From NCBI GenBank assembly GCA_963674785.1, contig OY771555.1, forward strand, positions 800,001 to 864,000: a stretch of 64,000 nucleotides of DNA, given 5' to 3'. Under the pieces are notes generated by a model. It saw nothing but the letters and a program-made list of their open reading frames with translations, did not search any database and was not told the origin of the DNA. Positions 41,187 to 51,563 of the stretch are shown here, one piece after another (within the stretch, counting starts at the first letter, position 1; each line of letters opens with the position of its first letter). This DNA comes from Caldisericia bacterium (lineage in GTDB: Bacteria; Caldisericota; Caldisericia; JAAYUI01). A program made the translations under genes and the position numbers.

Positions 41187-42089
41187 ATGAAGAAATTAAT
41201 TGGTATTGCTGTTTTGGCAATCCTTATTTTGTCTGTTGGGTGCGGAATGCCAAAATATTACCAAGAAGGCAGCATAAAATTTTTTGTAGATTTTGCAGTT
41301 CATGGAGTATTTAGTCAGTATTCACAGATGGAGGAGCAAGAAATATACGAACATATCCAGTTAATTGGTCAAAAATCTGATGAATTCTTGTTAACATTGC
41401 TCGATTCTGGCTCTACTATACCTAATGATCCCAAAATGTTAGGGAAATATGCCTGGATAACAATCTTAAGAAGCTGTTTGGATTTCGAGCAAGATAATGG
41501 ATTTGGTTCAAGTTTTGAAAATCCTGGAATATTTGGAGTATTCACAAGAGAGCTTGAAATAAAGTCAATTAATCGAGTGGTCGAATTAGGATATCTTCGG
41601 TATACTCCTGCTGAAAAAATTTTCGAGGAAGAAAGTGAACTAGATGAGATTTTGAGAATGTTTATCCCGTATGATAGGTCAAATTTTCCGGTATGGGAGG
41701 ATGAATCCTTTCGGGAAAAATGGGACATCTACACAAGCAATGAGTATTATGACGAAACAAAGAAAAAATCAGGGGAGCTTGCCGAAAAACTCTTGTCTGA
41801 AAAGGTTTTAAACTATAATGGCAGCGAAAAAATGAACAAAGATGAGGAGATTGAGTTTTTTCATGCACTCATCTTCAGATGGCAGTATGAGTTTGATAAA
41901 TTCAATGAATCTTTTGTCCCATTTGATAGTAATGGTCTTATCAATAAGTGGCAGGATTTCCTTATCAATGAGTTTAGAGATCGAGAAAACACGATTGAGA
42001 TAAGAGATATTGAATCCCTGAAGGCTTCCGTTGATTTGGTTTATGGATTAGATGTCCAGAGAGATACAATCAGAATTGATGAGAAGTAG
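41187..42089 (+). CDS. Hypothetical lipoprotein
   Basis: Lipobox SVGC; C-terminal domain shared with 12663..13217. Confidence 0.75.
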   Translation: MKKLIGIAVLAILILSVGCGMPKYYQEGSIKFFVDFAVHGVFSQYSQMEEQEIYEHIQLIGQKSDEFLLTLLDSGSTIPNDPKMLGKYAWITILRSCLDFEQDNGFGSSFENPGIFGVFTRELEIKSINRVVELGYLRYTPAEKIFEEESELDEILRMFIPYDRSNFPVWEDESFREKWDIYTSNEYYDETKKKSGELAEKLLSEKVLNYNGSEKMNKDEEIEFFHALIFRWQYEFDKFNESFVPFDSNGLINKWQDFLINEFRDRENTIEIRDIESLKASVDLVYGLDVQRDTIRIDEK

Positions 42090-42153
42090 TAATCCCTGAA
42101 AACTAAATTCAACTTTGATTTCAGCTCAAGTCGCGTATGAGGTAAAGGACGAG

Positions 42154-43242
42154 TCAGGAATATTTGTTTAATAAACCTTTTTTCTCACAGAAGGTACCCG
42201 CCCAAGGATTGTTCAAGAAATTGGTAATCTGCTCTTCCTTTTTATTTTGTGAGAGGTTTATTTCGAATTCATCATATTCATTCAAGTCAAAATTCTCTCC
42301 GACTATTCTTGGGCTGGCTTCATCTTGTACAATATCATAGTATTGATTAAGTGAATCGAATGAACTTAAACCCCATCCTCCCACAATTGAACCATAAAAG
42401 AATGTATCAACCACATCGAGGATTGTTCCAAGAATGTATTCCCCATCAAAGTTATTCAAAACATATTCTAAAGTATAAGAGGTATATGTGCATATCTCTC
42501 CAATATTCTGGAAGGTTGTGCCTCCTGATTTACTGAATCTCCAAATCAAACCTTCTGCTTTATTCATTTCATCAAACATCTTTGGGCTTAGACCACTTTC
42601 AATATCGATTCTTATTGAGTGAATAAATTTTGAGGGATCCTTGTTTGTTTCAATTTCTTCTTGCAATTCATAAATCTTTTCTGCCACAAACATGTTTGCC
42701 TCAATCTGATCTATGATACCAGCCTTATCATATAACCCCTGCTTTTCCTTAATAGACACAAAAGGATGATTTAAACTGAAACTTTCTCCATCACACCTCA
42801 TATTCCAATAGCAAGTCCAGAATCCAGCATCCATAGCTACCTCAAAAAAACTGGTTTCATCAGAGTTATTGATACATTTATATCCTACATCAGGCAATGA
42901 TCTTGCGGTCAGATACCCCAGAGATGCACAGAACATAAACCTCTCTTTAGTTTCACCTGGAATCATATTTCTAAATCTTTTGAGGTTTTGTTTAGCAAAT
43001 TTGTCAATCTGGTTTTTATAGTCGTTGATAGTGTCTTTTTCTGAAAAATCTAGTTGTGATTCTTCAACAAAAACCTTAAGTGAATCATTTAAAGCATTTA
43101 CTACATCAATATTTTCATCAAGAGACACAAATATATTTTTTTCTGTATCAAAGGACAAATCATCTGGTAAACTAGCTTGTTCAGAACAGCCAGACAAAAT
43201 CAAGATAACTGCCAACGCCATTATAGTTATTCTTTTCAACAT
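42154..43242 (-). CDS. Hypothetical lipoprotein
   Basis: Lipobox LSGC; SD ggagg. Confidence 0.75.
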   Translation of the reverse strand: MLKRITIMALAVILILSGCSEQASLPDDLSFDTEKNIFVSLDENIDVVNALNDSLKVFVEESQLDFSEKDTINDYKNQIDKFAKQNLKRFRNMIPGETKERFMFCASLGYLTARSLPDVGYKCINNSDETSFFEVAMDAGFWTCYWNMRCDGESFSLNHPFVSIKEKQGLYDKAGIIDQIEANMFVAEKIYELQEEIETNKDPSKFIHSIRIDIESGLSPKMFDEMNKAEGLIWRFSKSGGTTFQNIGEICTYTSYTLEYVLNNFDGEYILGTILDVVDTFFYGSIVGGWGLSSFDSLNQYYDIVQDEASPRIVGENFDLNEYDEFEINLSQNKKEEQITNFLNNPWAGTFCEKKGLLNKYS

Positions 43243-43365
43243 CCCAACCTCCTTGACTGCCGACTATTGTAATCCAAACGACCACAAAAACAACAATTAA
43301 AAATCATTAAGAGCCGATATGAACCAAATGGGGTGCTTATACGTTTAACTGTTAAGGAGGCAGGA

Positions 43366-44637
43366 ATGAATACTAGACTTTGCTTTGTTTTATCATTGAT
43401 TATTGTTTTATTGGTGTGTGTTTCTTGTACTTCAGTTGCTGGGGAGTCGGCGGGTGGAATTGCAAGTATTGAAATCCCCGAATCTGACATGGAACTTATG
43501 AATGAGTTATTCAGAGAAATTGACAACATTGATTTGAACTACAACCCAGGAAAGTATAAAGAAGCAGGTAAGCTTGAGAAACGCTGGGAAATTGATGGAT
43601 GCCCAACCTATGTTAATGCTGTGTATGGTGACTATATCATACCACGAAAAGAGGGATGGATTTTTTCGACATGGGACGACATTGATAACTACAATACTGG
43701 GGAATCAGAGCATCTAGCATTCATCACAAACCCTGAAAACGGTGAAAGATATGGTGATGATATTACAAAGTTTTTTGGATTGATATGCAATTCTGGAAAT
43801 AAGGAAGGATGTTTGAATTTCAATAAAAAACTCATTGAAAGCATTAATGACAAATATTATCTCATTCACCTCAAAAAAACCTATCTGGTAGATAAAAAAA
43901 CAAAAGAGATCAAGGCATCATTTAATCCGGGTGATAGAATAACTGTTTCACCAAAAAACAATCTTTATTCACACAATTTTGCGGTAGCCAAAAAAATGAA
44001 TCTGGACTTTCCAGATAAAAATGGAGAGATGCCTGGATTTTATGACGACATCTTCATGATTGATTCGAATATCTGGCTACACTATGGAAACGGTGCCTTG
44101 GGTCTGCTTGATGAAGATCTAAATTTGGTAACCAAACGTGAGTACCCAGACTCAATGGTTGACCTTGAAATTCCACACGACCTCAACAATATCCCAACAA
44201 TCCAGCTATTTAAAAACGGTGTCTATGAAGATTTCATCCTTGGTCGAGTTGTCAACTATGATGAGCTTCAGGAAAAATATGGAATAAATGTTCTATATTC
44301 TTATGAGTTTGAATACTCTTTATCAAATATGTATCCAATAGAAAACAAATTCGATATTCAAGAGTTTGTGCTCATCAACCCAAATACTCCTGATGTGAGC
44401 TACAGACTTGATAATGAAATATTGGGTGACCCAAACACCGTTTCAATCAAGTTGAAGAATCGTCACTTCATTGTTGAAAATGATGAAGTCCTCAAGTGCA
44501 TTGACCCATTTGAGGGGGAAGACATCTGGTGGGTCAGTCGAGATGATGTTGGAGAAAAGGCAAAGGTTATTTGGGCAGATGAAAGAGGAGTGTTGGTTTA
44601 TTCTCAGACAAATGGGAAGCTTTACTGTTTTGAATAA
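43366..44637 (+). CDS. Hypothetical lipoprotein (beta-rich, paralog of next gene)
   Basis: SD aaggagg, lipobox CVSC; C-terminus HFIVENDEVLKCIDPF...WADERGVLVYS...KLYCFE. Confidence 0.8.
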   Translation: MNTRLCFVLSLIIVLLVCVSCTSVAGESAGGIASIEIPESDMELMNELFREIDNIDLNYNPGKYKEAGKLEKRWEIDGCPTYVNAVYGDYIIPRKEGWIFSTWDDIDNYNTGESEHLAFITNPENGERYGDDITKFFGLICNSGNKEGCLNFNKKLIESINDKYYLIHLKKTYLVDKKTKEIKASFNPGDRITVSPKNNLYSHNFAVAKKMNLDFPDKNGEMPGFYDDIFMIDSNIWLHYGNGALGLLDEDLNLVTKREYPDSMVDLEIPHDLNNIPTIQLFKNGVYEDFILGRVVNYDELQEKYGINVLYSYEFEYSLSNMYPIENKFDIQEFVLINPNTPDVSYRLDNEILGDPNTVSIKLKNRHFIVENDEVLKCIDPFEGEDIWWVSRDDVGEKAKVIWADERGVLVYSQTNGKLYCFE

Positions 44638-44673
44638 TCAAGCTATACTATACCTAACAGGAGGGAATGCAAA

Positions 44674-45927
44674 ATGAATAGAAAACTGTATGTGGGACTC
44701 GTCGTATCACTTATACTTGTGTGTCTTGCCGGATGTGGGATTGTCGCCAGCGAAAAACCAAAATACATCGGAATAGAAAAACCGGGATTCACACCTGATT
44801 ATCAAGAGCTAGTTGATACAATCATGGATGAAATAAACGTGGATGATTATAAATACTCTGAAACCACCTATTCCAAAACAGGAGCTTTATCTCAAAGATG
44901 GGTTATAGATGTGTCAGACGAGAAGGAAAGTGATTTAAATAAATTCAGTGCCCACCCATGCAAAAATGGCTGGGTTTTATATAACGGATACAGGGGAACA
45001 ACAACACTTATTGACCCCCTTGATGCAAACAACAAAACAGAAAACCCAGACAAATTCACAGACATTAGACCAGCCTATTTAGGTGAAGAAAAGACTGGGT
45101 TTACTATGGTAAAACCGATTATCAATGTTTTTGATTCATATCTATTTTATCATATTGGTTATAACACCTATATCTACAACACAGAAACAAAAGATTTGCT
45201 TTACGTTATGGCAAATATCAGAATCACTCGGACTAAGTTTTTTGTATATGAAGATAAACTATATCTAGTAAATGGACTGGATGATATCAGGGAATATTCA
45301 GTGATTGATTTAAAAGATGGAAGCACAGCGACAATAGATAATGTGAAACCACATGACAGCATCTACAACATCAGTGGAAATATCTGGATAAAAACACGTG
45401 ATAATAACCTCATCAAAATTGATACAGAAAACAATACCTTCTCAAATATTATCATGTCACTGGATGGGACAGAAAGCGTATTCGAAGATGTGCTTGCAAA
45501 GCTGTTTGATGCTGAACAATATGGAGACTATATCCTTGGCTGCACGTACACTCCGCTTGAACATGAATATGATGACAGATGGTTTCATAGAGGTGCGCAC
45601 TTCAATAGATTTGTTGAATACAATGACAAATACATCCCAAAAACAATTCAGACCTATTTCCTCATGAATCCAGAACACTGGAAGATTTATCATCTTGATG
45701 AAACTGTTCTTGGGCAAATGGATGCAAGAGTCAATGTTGTTGGTTCCCATTTCATCATTGAAAATGACGATGTTCTTAAGTGCATTGACCCATTCAAATT
45801 CGAGAAAAAGGAAATCTGGTGGATTGATAGAAGTGATGTTGGAGATGATGCAACCATACTTTGGGCAGATGAGCGTGGAGTATTGGTTTATAGTTTTTCA
45901 AACCAAAAACTTTATTGTTTTGAGTAA
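44674..45927 (+). CDS. Hypothetical lipoprotein (paralog of previous gene)
   Basis: Lipobox LAGC; C-terminus HFIIENDDVLKCIDPF...WADERGVLVYS...KLYCFE. Confidence 0.8.
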   Translation: MNRKLYVGLVVSLILVCLAGCGIVASEKPKYIGIEKPGFTPDYQELVDTIMDEINVDDYKYSETTYSKTGALSQRWVIDVSDEKESDLNKFSAHPCKNGWVLYNGYRGTTTLIDPLDANNKTENPDKFTDIRPAYLGEEKTGFTMVKPIINVFDSYLFYHIGYNTYIYNTETKDLLYVMANIRITRTKFFVYEDKLYLVNGLDDIREYSVIDLKDGSTATIDNVKPHDSIYNISGNIWIKTRDNNLIKIDTENNTFSNIIMSLDGTESVFEDVLAKLFDAEQYGDYILGCTYTPLEHEYDDRWFHRGAHFNRFVEYNDKYIPKTIQTYFLMNPEHWKIYHLDETVLGQMDARVNVVGSHFIIENDDVLKCIDPFKFEKKEIWWIDRSDVGDDATILWADERGVLVYSFSNQKLYCFE

Positions 45928-46035
45928 CAAGAAAAAGCTGTAACCTTAACAAAAAATAAATCATAAAATGCTTTATCCGAGCTTGGCTGCATGATAGGCT
46001 CAACTATGGTAATCAAAGTGCGAAGGGGGAGTTAG

Positions 46036-47295
46036 ATGAAAAAGTTTGGTATCTCGGTTTTAGTAGCTGTTTTTTTGGTGAGTTTCCTTTTTTATAGTGG
46101 GAACATTGTTCTTTCAACTGAAAACAGTGATGTAGAAAATATCAAAGCGCCGTTTTCTTCATTCACAATTGCGTATCAGGTTGACCCAGATAATCCCGAT
46201 CCAAAGAGGGATAATGTCCCAATGATAGAGTATGACCCCAGTACTGGTTGGAGATTCTATAGAGTTGAATGGGTCAACAACGACAAAATTCAAATAACGC
46301 TAGACAAAAACGATAATAGGATTCAGCTCTCACCTCAAGAAGATGATTATCTGAAACAGCTAAACATGATTTTTCAAAAGAATGTTAGACTTCAATCAAC
46401 CACTGATATTGAGGCAGATAGTTTCAGTATTGTCTATTTTTGTGAACCTGAAAAAGGTGGGGGATGTGGATTCGACTCGCTACGTCGGCAACAATCCATA
46501 GGTTTTTCTAAAAGTGATGATGGAAAATTCTTTGGCGGTTCTGGCTCAACATCATGTATGGAAAATAGTTACTATATTTTTGATCCACAGGTTGGAACTC
46601 TACAGATTTATGATGACAGTCTTCAATTCGAACAATGGAAACTTGGTAATCACAGACATGTGCTTGATGTTAGAGAAGCTATTAATCCAGACATCAGAGA
46701 CATCGGAAGGATACATCAAATGCAAAACCATACACATGGTGTCTCAGTGGTTTCCGGTACAACTGCCTACAAAGGTTATATTGAATACTTTATAGATGAA
46801 GACTATTTCATCCTGAATGGTCAAAAATATAACTTCAGAGTTGATGATAGACTCAAAGAAATGGAGATTCCGAATTATAATTGTTGCAAACTCTACAAAG
46901 GTGAAGTGTTTGTTCCATTACGCTCATTTGCAGATTTAATGGGATTCGAATTTTCCTCAGGAGAATGGGGCAAAGACCAACCGTACATTGAATTCGATGT
47001 TTTTAGAAGCATTGACCAGAGAATCAAATTTGACTTGAATAGCAATCTAGTCAAAACAAGATACGGAGATGATTTTGAATTGCCACTTAAACCATTCATA
47101 AAACCGGATGATCCAGAGGCTCAATATGGATTATTTCAATTCATGGTTCCTCTCTATGCTCTGCTTGATAATCTTCCAAGGCATTATGGAAAAGGCTACT
47201 GGTACAGACCAATGAACAACTCAATTCTTATAAGCAGACTAATTGACCATGATGAATACAGAGATGAGAGGATACCAGTCCCTCTGCTTGATTAA
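46036..47295 (+). CDS. Secreted protein with divergent stalk-like C-terminal domain
   Basis: Signal peptide; GEVFVPLRSFADLMG, FMVPLYALLD; paralog of 56744..57904. Confidence 0.78.
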   Translation: MKKFGISVLVAVFLVSFLFYSGNIVLSTENSDVENIKAPFSSFTIAYQVDPDNPDPKRDNVPMIEYDPSTGWRFYRVEWVNNDKIQITLDKNDNRIQLSPQEDDYLKQLNMIFQKNVRLQSTTDIEADSFSIVYFCEPEKGGGCGFDSLRRQQSIGFSKSDDGKFFGGSGSTSCMENSYYIFDPQVGTLQIYDDSLQFEQWKLGNHRHVLDVREAINPDIRDIGRIHQMQNHTHGVSVVSGTTAYKGYIEYFIDEDYFILNGQKYNFRVDDRLKEMEIPNYNCCKLYKGEVFVPLRSFADLMGFEFSSGEWGKDQPYIEFDVFRSIDQRIKFDLNSNLVKTRYGDDFELPLKPFIKPDDPEAQYGLFQFMVPLYALLDNLPRHYGKGYWYRPMNNSILISRLIDHDEYRDERIPVPLLD

Positions 47296-47307
47296 TTCTT
47301 TTGACTC

Positions 47308-47337
47308 AAAGAGGCAACTCATGTTGCCTCTTTTTTT
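47308..47337 (+). terminator. Intrinsic terminator
   Basis: aaagaggcaac/gttgcctcttt plus T run. Confidence 0.85.
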
Positions 47338-47447
47338 AAGCCCTCAATATTTTTCTTTTTTCCCTTTTGCTAAAAATCATCTAAGCAGCTATACTAAAAA
47401 CAAATGAAAAAAGCTCCGCACAAAAAAACCAGGAGAGAAGATAGCTG

Positions 47448-49406
47448 ATGCTTGCCACCCTCTATACCCTTGCAATCTTTGCATATATCTACTCCTTTGT
47501 GCTTTTCATCAGGTTTTTCATCTGGCGGAGGCTTTCGTGGGCAAAACACTGGAAGAGCAAGGTCAAAGTCACCCTCGACCAGGTGAAATCAATTGCAAGA
47601 AGTCGAGGTCAGTCGCTACCATTTTTCACGGTCATGGTTCCGGCAAGAGATGAATCAAAAGTAATCGGAAGGACAATCGAAAACCTCACAAAAATTGATT
47701 ATCCCAAAAATCACTTCCAGATAATGGTTGTCACAGATGAAAAAGAGCGTATTGCAAGAACAGAGAGCAAAGATGAGGTCATCACAGAGCTTTCAGGGAT
47801 TCTTGCTGGTAACCCTGCCGATCAGGTTTCAGCTTCGGCAAGGGAGCTTTTGATAGCCTGGATAATTGACATTCTTCCTCTGGGCAAGTTAACACATACC
47901 GTGCTTTCGCTTGATTCAAAAGTAAAAAGGGATGAATTCACATATGAATTCAAGCAATTCCTTTTCCAGTTCATGACAACGATCACCGAAGGAAAACCCA
48001 CTGACATCAGCAATATCCTTTACTTCCTCAGACGCTCAATGGTTGGCAAGTCTGATAGAGACCTGTCCGACCCAACAGTTGAGATAATCATGCTTTCAAG
48101 GCTTGTCGCAAGAGGGGTTCTGTTGATTCTTGGGGAGAGTGAAAAGTACCTCACGATAAAAACTCAAAATATAAGCACCCAAATCAAAAGTTTTCCAAAA
48201 AAAGATACGATGAACCGTATTTCAGAATTAGACTCTGTGGTGTCTTCGGAAAGAACAAAAAACAATGATTTGAAGTCTCTCTACACCCGATATTTCCTCA
48301 CTACCCAGCAGGTGGTTGAGCAGAGCATCAAACGCTATGGAGGAGAAGGATTCCAGATAACCCATGCTGAGGTGCCGTTTGATTTTGATGGAAAGTTTGG
48401 CGGAGTCTGCACAGGAGAGCCTGTCCGCTCCACAAAGGGAAGGGCATTAAACTACGCCTTTGGTCTTGTTAATCCGCAGTGTGAGATGGTTTGTTTCTAT
48501 GATGCAGAGTCCCACCCCGATCATGATGTGATGATTCACCTTGCAAGGTGGCTTCTTCGAGATAATACACCAGATATTTTGCAAGGACCACTTTTCCAGG
48601 TCAGGAACTATTACAGGATGGGAGTTCTTTCAAGAATCGGTGGTCTATACAAAGCGATTGCCCACGACTGGTATCTTCCGCTCATGTTTACAAGCCTTCC
48701 TTTTGTTGGTGGCACAAACCTCCATATCAGCTGGGATCTGCTCAAGAAGATGAAAGGTTTTGATGATACCTCGCTTACTGAAGACCTAGAGTTTGGATGC
48801 CGTGCGTACCTCAACTACGGTATAAAACTGGATTTCTTAACTGTTGTTTCAACTGAACAAACCCCGCCCACCATGGGGCAATATTTCCGTCAGCGTCTTC
48901 GCTGGGCTTCTGGTCATCTTCAAATCATCCGTCGAATCAGAGAATACCCAAGAGAAAAAGATGCAGCAGGAGACAAGCGTGATTTTGTAAACCGTGCAAA
49001 CCAGCTTTTCAGAAACCTTATCACAGTCGGTCCACTCGAATGGATTATCTATCAGCTCTCAACCCTTGTCGTGCTTGCCATGAACCTCATCCTCATCATA
49101 AACCTGTTTGGTACCGGCATCCCTGGCCCATATTTTGCCGAAAACGAAATTCTCAGATGGATTCTGATCGGGCTGAATGTGCCATATCTGGCGTTTACTT
49201 TCTACTGTTACCTCCGCTATGATGAGGTTTTCGACAGCACCTTCCGCCCCGCTGGCAGATTTTCTGGCATCATCGACTTTGCAAAACTACTGATTGCAAG
49301 TTTCATTGTTTTCCTTCTTCCCGCCCCCTACACATGGTCAGTTGTGCTTGCAATGATCGGCAAAGCCCCAAAGACCTGGGTAAAAACGCCTAGGACGAGT
49401 GAGTAG
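47448..49406 (+). CDS. Membrane-bound processive GT2 glycosyltransferase
   Basis: VMVPARDE, TKGRALNY, YDAE, LTEDL, QRLRW; N- and C-terminal TM helices; WVKT.R end. Confidence 0.9.
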   Translation: MLATLYTLAIFAYIYSFVLFIRFFIWRRLSWAKHWKSKVKVTLDQVKSIARSRGQSLPFFTVMVPARDESKVIGRTIENLTKIDYPKNHFQIMVVTDEKERIARTESKDEVITELSGILAGNPADQVSASARELLIAWIIDILPLGKLTHTVLSLDSKVKRDEFTYEFKQFLFQFMTTITEGKPTDISNILYFLRRSMVGKSDRDLSDPTVEIIMLSRLVARGVLLILGESEKYLTIKTQNISTQIKSFPKKDTMNRISELDSVVSSERTKNNDLKSLYTRYFLTTQQVVEQSIKRYGGEGFQITHAEVPFDFDGKFGGVCTGEPVRSTKGRALNYAFGLVNPQCEMVCFYDAESHPDHDVMIHLARWLLRDNTPDILQGPLFQVRNYYRMGVLSRIGGLYKAIAHDWYLPLMFTSLPFVGGTNLHISWDLLKKMKGFDDTSLTEDLEFGCRAYLNYGIKLDFLTVVSTEQTPPTMGQYFRQRLRWASGHLQIIRRIREYPREKDAAGDKRDFVNRANQLFRNLITVGPLEWIIYQLSTLVVLAMNLILIINLFGTGIPGPYFAENEILRWILIGLNVPYLAFTFYCYLRYDEVFDSTFRPAGRFSGIIDFAKLLIASFIVFLLPAPYTWSVVLAMIGKAPKTWVKTPRTSE

Positions 49407-51459
49407 GGCTCTCATTATAATTGTCTTTAATGATATTGCCCCAAAATCCTCGATTGCAGGGCCTCGGGTTTGTGAACACAACTTTCATTTTTGGTTGAGT
49501 ATCCAGTGCTTCTAAAGCCAACATAGCAATGAGTTTTTCCTCAAAAAAAATAGGGTGTTCAACTCCGTTTATGGTAACTCTGTTTTTAGTTCTAATACTT
49601 TTTGTGAGTTTTAAAACAATAGAATTCTCGCTTCTACTGAAAACAATAGAGTTTATCAAATCATACCTTGATTTATCTATATCTCCAGCTGATTTATCAA
49701 TCGTTTGATATGTTGTGAATTTAACTAATAGCATTTTGAAAATATTACATGCAACCGAAAACAACTTATCTTTTCTTTCATCGGAAAAAAGATTTTTTAA
49801 AAATAATACATGCAAAAGCCTATTAAGCGATCGGAAAATACTTTTGAAATTTAAATGATTATTGTCTCTTATCTTTGAGTTGAGATATCTTAAAAAGTAA
49901 ACCATTGAATCAATAGGTAAAGTGCAATCATTAACCACATCTCTTATACTATTCATCTCAAAGATTTTAAGTATGGTGGTATCACTAAACCCGATGCAAA
50001 ACCCAGTATCCTTTTCTAACAGTTTTATTAGGTTAGCTCTACTTCTAAGACTTACTAAAGTATTTTTGTCGTAAAGTGTTCCGAAGTAAAAAGGGAAATT
50101 CATTAGATTATCTGGTCTGTAGAATTCATATGAGTTATCCAGTTTTTCTGAAAATAACATTTCTTCAACCCTTACAATACTGTTAAATTTATTGAATAAT
50201 ACAACTGTGGCATAAATCAAGAATTTTATTTTTGGAATACTAAGCAGTGATTCTATGAATTCTTGCTCAGTTTCGACTGGATTTGTTATAAACGATTTGT
50301 ATTCATTGTTAAGAAACTCAAAAAAATTATTTCTAAACCGCACTTTGCTTCGATTTGAATCTGAAAGCAGTTTTTCTATATTATTCTTTAAAAAATCAAA
50401 CCAATCTGAATCAACATGCTTCATCATTGTGATAAGAAAAAAATCGTGCTTATTCACCCCAGATTTTACTGCATAATAATCAATAATCAGTTTGTTGAGC
50501 ATCCTTTTTAGTTCTCTCGGTGTTTTTATTCTTATGCATTCAAAACTGATACCTCGTAAATAATTGTTGAATACTTTGGACTTATCTTCAATTGATTCAG
50601 GAGTTATTGAGATAAACTTATCATATAATTTATCAACTTCTTCACTGCTTTTAATCTCTTTTATAGGTATTTCGACTTGAATTATCTTATCAAGGAAATC
50701 TTTTCCATAATTTTCATTTTGTCCATGAAGCATTTTGCAAATATGTTTTTTATCATAGGCAACAACAAAATATGTGTTTTTAAAATCACATGCTGTCTTT
50801 AGAAGTCTTAGAACAACATTTAATTCTTCTTTATTCAATCGGTCAAGATTGTCTACAAAAACTATAATAGGTTCGACATCCGATTTTAATACATCATTGA
50901 TCTTCTTTTTAAGATGTTCTGCACAATCACAGAAATCATCAACAACTTTCGAAAGTTTTAGAGACAAGTTTTTCCCTAAAGATATTGAGTCAAAGATAAA
51001 TCGATAATTCTTGAAAGCTCTTTTTATAGCTTTCAGCTTTCTCTTTGTTTGAAAAAACTCTTTCGAGCTTTTCCAGGTTGTGGTTTCACTTTTCTCTCGT
51101 GCGATTAATCTGTAGTGATTCATCACAACTTTTTGAAAATTACTGAAAAAATAATTAGTTATCTGATCGATGCTTTTTACCATCCAAGGATCAAAATTCA
51201 CAATTATTGGTTCGGGTTTTTTATCTGATAGTTGCTCTTTAACAAGATTCAAAAGAGATGTCTTACCAGAACCCCACTCTCCCTCAATCCCAAAAACCGC
51301 ACTATCTTTGATTGGGTTACCATCATAATCAACCTGTTTTGTAGTATTTATAATGATTTCTTTTATATATTTTGCATAATCAGTGAATTCATATCTGTCT
51401 TCTGATTTTGTTTTTATAGCCGAGTCATGATCGGCTGCACCATCTCTATACTGGTTCAT
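49390..51459 (-). CDS. KAP-family P-loop NTPase
   Basis: Walker A GEWGSGKTS, VNFDPW, Walker B IIVFVDNLDRL, FLDKIIQ, TPRELKR..N. Confidence 0.9.
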   Translation of the reverse strand: MNQYRDGAADHDSAIKTKSEDRYEFTDYAKYIKEIIINTTKQVDYDGNPIKDSAVFGIEGEWGSGKTSLLNLVKEQLSDKKPEPIIVNFDPWMVKSIDQITNYFFSNFQKVVMNHYRLIAREKSETTTWKSSKEFFQTKRKLKAIKRAFKNYRFIFDSISLGKNLSLKLSKVVDDFCDCAEHLKKKINDVLKSDVEPIIVFVDNLDRLNKEELNVVLRLLKTACDFKNTYFVVAYDKKHICKMLHGQNENYGKDFLDKIIQVEIPIKEIKSSEEVDKLYDKFISITPESIEDKSKVFNNYLRGISFECIRIKTPRELKRMLNKLIIDYYAVKSGVNKHDFFLITMMKHVDSDWFDFLKNNIEKLLSDSNRSKVRFRNNFFEFLNNEYKSFITNPVETEQEFIESLLSIPKIKFLIYATVVLFNKFNSIVRVEEMLFSEKLDNSYEFYRPDNLMNFPFYFGTLYDKNTLVSLRSRANLIKLLEKDTGFCIGFSDTTILKIFEMNSIRDVVNDCTLPIDSMVYFLRYLNSKIRDNNHLNFKSIFRSLNRLLHVLFLKNLFSDERKDKLFSVACNIFKMLLVKFTTYQTIDKSAGDIDKSRYDLINSIVFSRSENSIVLKLTKSIRTKNRVTINGVEHPIFFEEKLIAMLALEALDTQPKMKVVFTNPRPCNRGFWGNIIKDNYNESPTHSS

Positions 51460-51563
51460 TTATCCTCCCAAATCGCACTTGTGTTCTCACAAACACCGAT
51501 TGTATTCCAGACTCACAAAGATTTCAATTCGATTTGAAAGAATAAATGTCGCTTTTGAAAACC

